Below are positions 61,365-64,000 of a stretch of 64,000 nucleotides of DNA, in pieces. Position 1 is the first letter of the stretch, and every line of letters starts with the position of its first letter. The DNA lies in contig NC_068986.1 in assembly GCF_001194135.2 (NCBI RefSeq), forward strand, positions 22,721,471 through 22,785,470, read 5' to 3'. The notes under the pieces are model-generated. The model worked only from the letters and a program-made list of their open reading frames with translations, had not been told where the DNA came from and made no database searches. The translations under genes were made by a program, and so were the position numbers. This DNA comes from Octopus bimaculoides. Its lineage: Eukaryota.

Positions 61365-61806
61365 GAAGTTTGCTTTTAGAAGCGTTGAGATGTCTTTAGA
61401 AAGTTAATGAAGTGATTTTAAATTCTCAATCGCAGAATGATGCTAATAGTACAGCCTGAACAGGATAAACTATCCCTATTTTGCAGAGAAAAGTGTAGGT
61501 GGCTAGCTGTGGACTCGAACTCACATCCCCGTGATTACGCGTCACGATGCTTTGACCGATTAAGCTAAACTTACCCACTACAAATTCCTCTGCAAATTAA
61601 GATATATAAATCTCGCTTTATGAGACGCTCTCATATGTTAAATTCAAATTACGACAAACGTAAATAAACAAACGAAGTTTGCTTTTAGAAGCGTTGAGAT
61701 GTCTTAGAAAGTTAAAGAAGTGATTTTAAATTCTCAATCGCAGAATAATGCTAATAATATAGCGTAATCACGGGGATGTGAGTTCGAGTCCACAGCTAGC
61801 CACCTA
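61365..61806 (-). mobile_element. Two tandem copies of the tRNA-like (CGT) element; the second is rearranged
   Basis: 61365-61620 and 61632-61806 match 28901-29201; 61762-61806 is inverted relative to 61496-61540. Confidence 0.8.
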
Positions 61807-63122
61807 CAAATGTAGAAACCTGCGTGAAATAACACTATGGATTTAATCATACCGATTACGTGGTGACCTACACATACATACATGCTGGCTTTCCACTCGT
61901 AGACGAGTATGACCAACGCTGACAAATAATTTTGTCCTAGTAGTTAAGGACAATGGCTGTCAGCAATGCCGTTGTTGAAATCCGAAGTCATTAACAATTT
62001 GCATAACACTGCTAAGAATCTCACCTACAAAGTTAAGTGGTCCCAAAACAAGCAAGACCAAGATCCCTGGCTTCACAATAAGGCGGATGTTATTTCGGAA
62101 TTTCTTTCTCTCAGTGAGATGTGTCTAAACAAAAACTTGAGGCCTCTCACACCTGACTGTTGGACGGCATTTAACTCGACTGAGTTCATCCGTCTTGTGA
62201 CAGTTTTTGTTTTTCGTCCTGCCGGGTGTCCAACGTAAACCTCACCACCTTACCAAGTAGGATCGATAGGATTGCCGGTTTAGTCGTTGGCGACCCGACC
62301 ATGTGACAGATACTAGGTTACATGTGAGCAGTAGTACAAAATGGTCTGAACCCCTTCACCACCACCACCACCACCACCATACGTACGCACACATACATAT
62401 ACACACGCATGCATGCATACATCGAGACAGACATATAGACACACACACATGCTTCCACGTGTGTGTGTGTCTGTAGGTAATCATATTACATATGACAAAT
62501 ACTATACATTCGCCGAACACATGTATTGAGCGTGATAATGGTTACACCCGTAAACCACAACGCACACACACACACACACATTTTCTTATTTCTTAGAATG
62601 TATATCTTTACATATTAGATTACAATACTTTAGCTCTGTTTTAGAGTATTGAGCACTCTGTCTATTATGAAAAATATATACTGGAAGACCGACCTAATGG
62701 GGTATGTAAGGCAGTGAGCTGGCAGATCTCTTTAGCACATTGGAGCAAATGCTTAGCGGAATTTCTTCCGATTCTGTATGTCCTTAGTTCAAATCCCACT
62801 GAAGTCATATTTGTCTTTCATCCCTTTTGGCGTCTATTAAATTTAATGCCAGTCAAATCCACTTCTCTCAAAAATTGCTAGCCTTGAACCCTGTAACGGA
62901 CTGGCATTGAAAAGAATGTTGGGATTTATGAGTCATAGGGATAAAGAAACAATTAGGATATGGCGTGGCTGTGTGGTAAGAAGCTTGCTTTTCAACTACA
63001 CGGTCTCAGGTTCAGTCCCACTGCGTGGAACTTTGGGCAAATGTTTTCTACTATAGCCTCGGACCGATCAAAGCCCTGTAAGTGGATTCGGTAGACAGAA
63101 ACTGAAAGAAGCCCGTCGTATA

Positions 63123-63167
<45 letters not shown>

Positions 63168-64000
63168 TGTTGCCCACCCTGTGGCAGCTCGTAGATAAAA
63201 TTAGTGGGTGTGCTGCTTTAGAAAATTTTTAGCCATTGTTTTAATATTGTGTAAAAGGAAACAAATATGTAAAAAGAATATTTATACATAAACTTGATCG
63301 GTTCGCATTTTAGCCACTGCCGGGTAGTGTGTTTAATTTGTTAACTGAACGTCGCCGTGAATTTCCCCTTGTTTTTCAAAAATACTCCCTAAATCCCAAA
63401 ATAAGGGGTGGGGAAATGTGCCCTACTTTTCAAATCCTGGCAGCAACACTGAAGCTGGAAGCAGGATAATAATCTAATTGTACACTTTATCACATTCAAG
63501 AATAGAAACACGTTTTTAAGTACAACACACGCAGAGTCAAAAGGAAACACTACCTTCCACCGGAACACCGGGGTCGGTACTGTCATTCAGAAAGTTCTCT
63601 CTCTCCCTCAGACATGTGAGCATGCGCACAGCAGCCAAACACCGCGTCGCTGGAACTGTGAAGTGCACAGTTCTACACAAGGATTTTTGTATTTTTTTCA
63701 TAAACTAGGGGATGGCTACTGACATTAATCTTAAGGATTATATAATGTACAGGGATAAAGAAAGAATTAAAGAAAAAAAAGGACTCATTGTATTGAATGT
63801 TATCGATATTATCGAGTGGAAATAGGGTGCTGCTGTTGCACAATGCCTGTACACGAGTCGCCACTGCTCCCACCACTGTTTGACAACAGGTGTTGGTGTG
63901 TTTATGTCTTCGTAACTTAGCGGTTCGGCGAAAGCGTCTAGTTGAATAAATACCAGACTTAAAAAAAAACATAAACAAAAAAAAACATAAACAAAAAAAA

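Overview
Eukaryotic, AT-rich, microsatellite- and SINE-dense genomic DNA with 12 N-gaps. The repeat landscape suggests a coleoid cephalopod, most likely Octopus (inference). The window holds one protein-coding gene on the minus strand, which I assembled by hand: a PHLPP (PH-domain leucine-rich-repeat protein phosphatase) orthologue. It has 16 GT-AG coding exons from 45295 to 11143, 4668 nt in total, 1555 aa if the ATG at 45295 is the start, and all splice phases are compatible. Domain order is RA-like, PH, LRR, PP2C-like, disordered tail, PDZ ligand. The PP2C domain has lost most of the canonical metal-binding aspartates, and the tail carries a 3 x 37-aa internal repeat. Introns and flanks contain several SINE families, fragments of RTE, HERO-like and R4/Dong-like LINEs, and piggyBac-like and hAT-like MITEs. 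The most unusual signal is a set of palindromic/fold-back elements carrying minimal type I hammerhead ribozyme motifs (21398-21443, 49962-50037, 51382-51425). One of these sits behind a tRNA-derived Pol III head, an architecture like the Schistosoma Sm-alpha repeats. Most long ORFs in the supplied track are artefacts of N-gaps or microsatellites. Boundaries of repeat elements are approximate.
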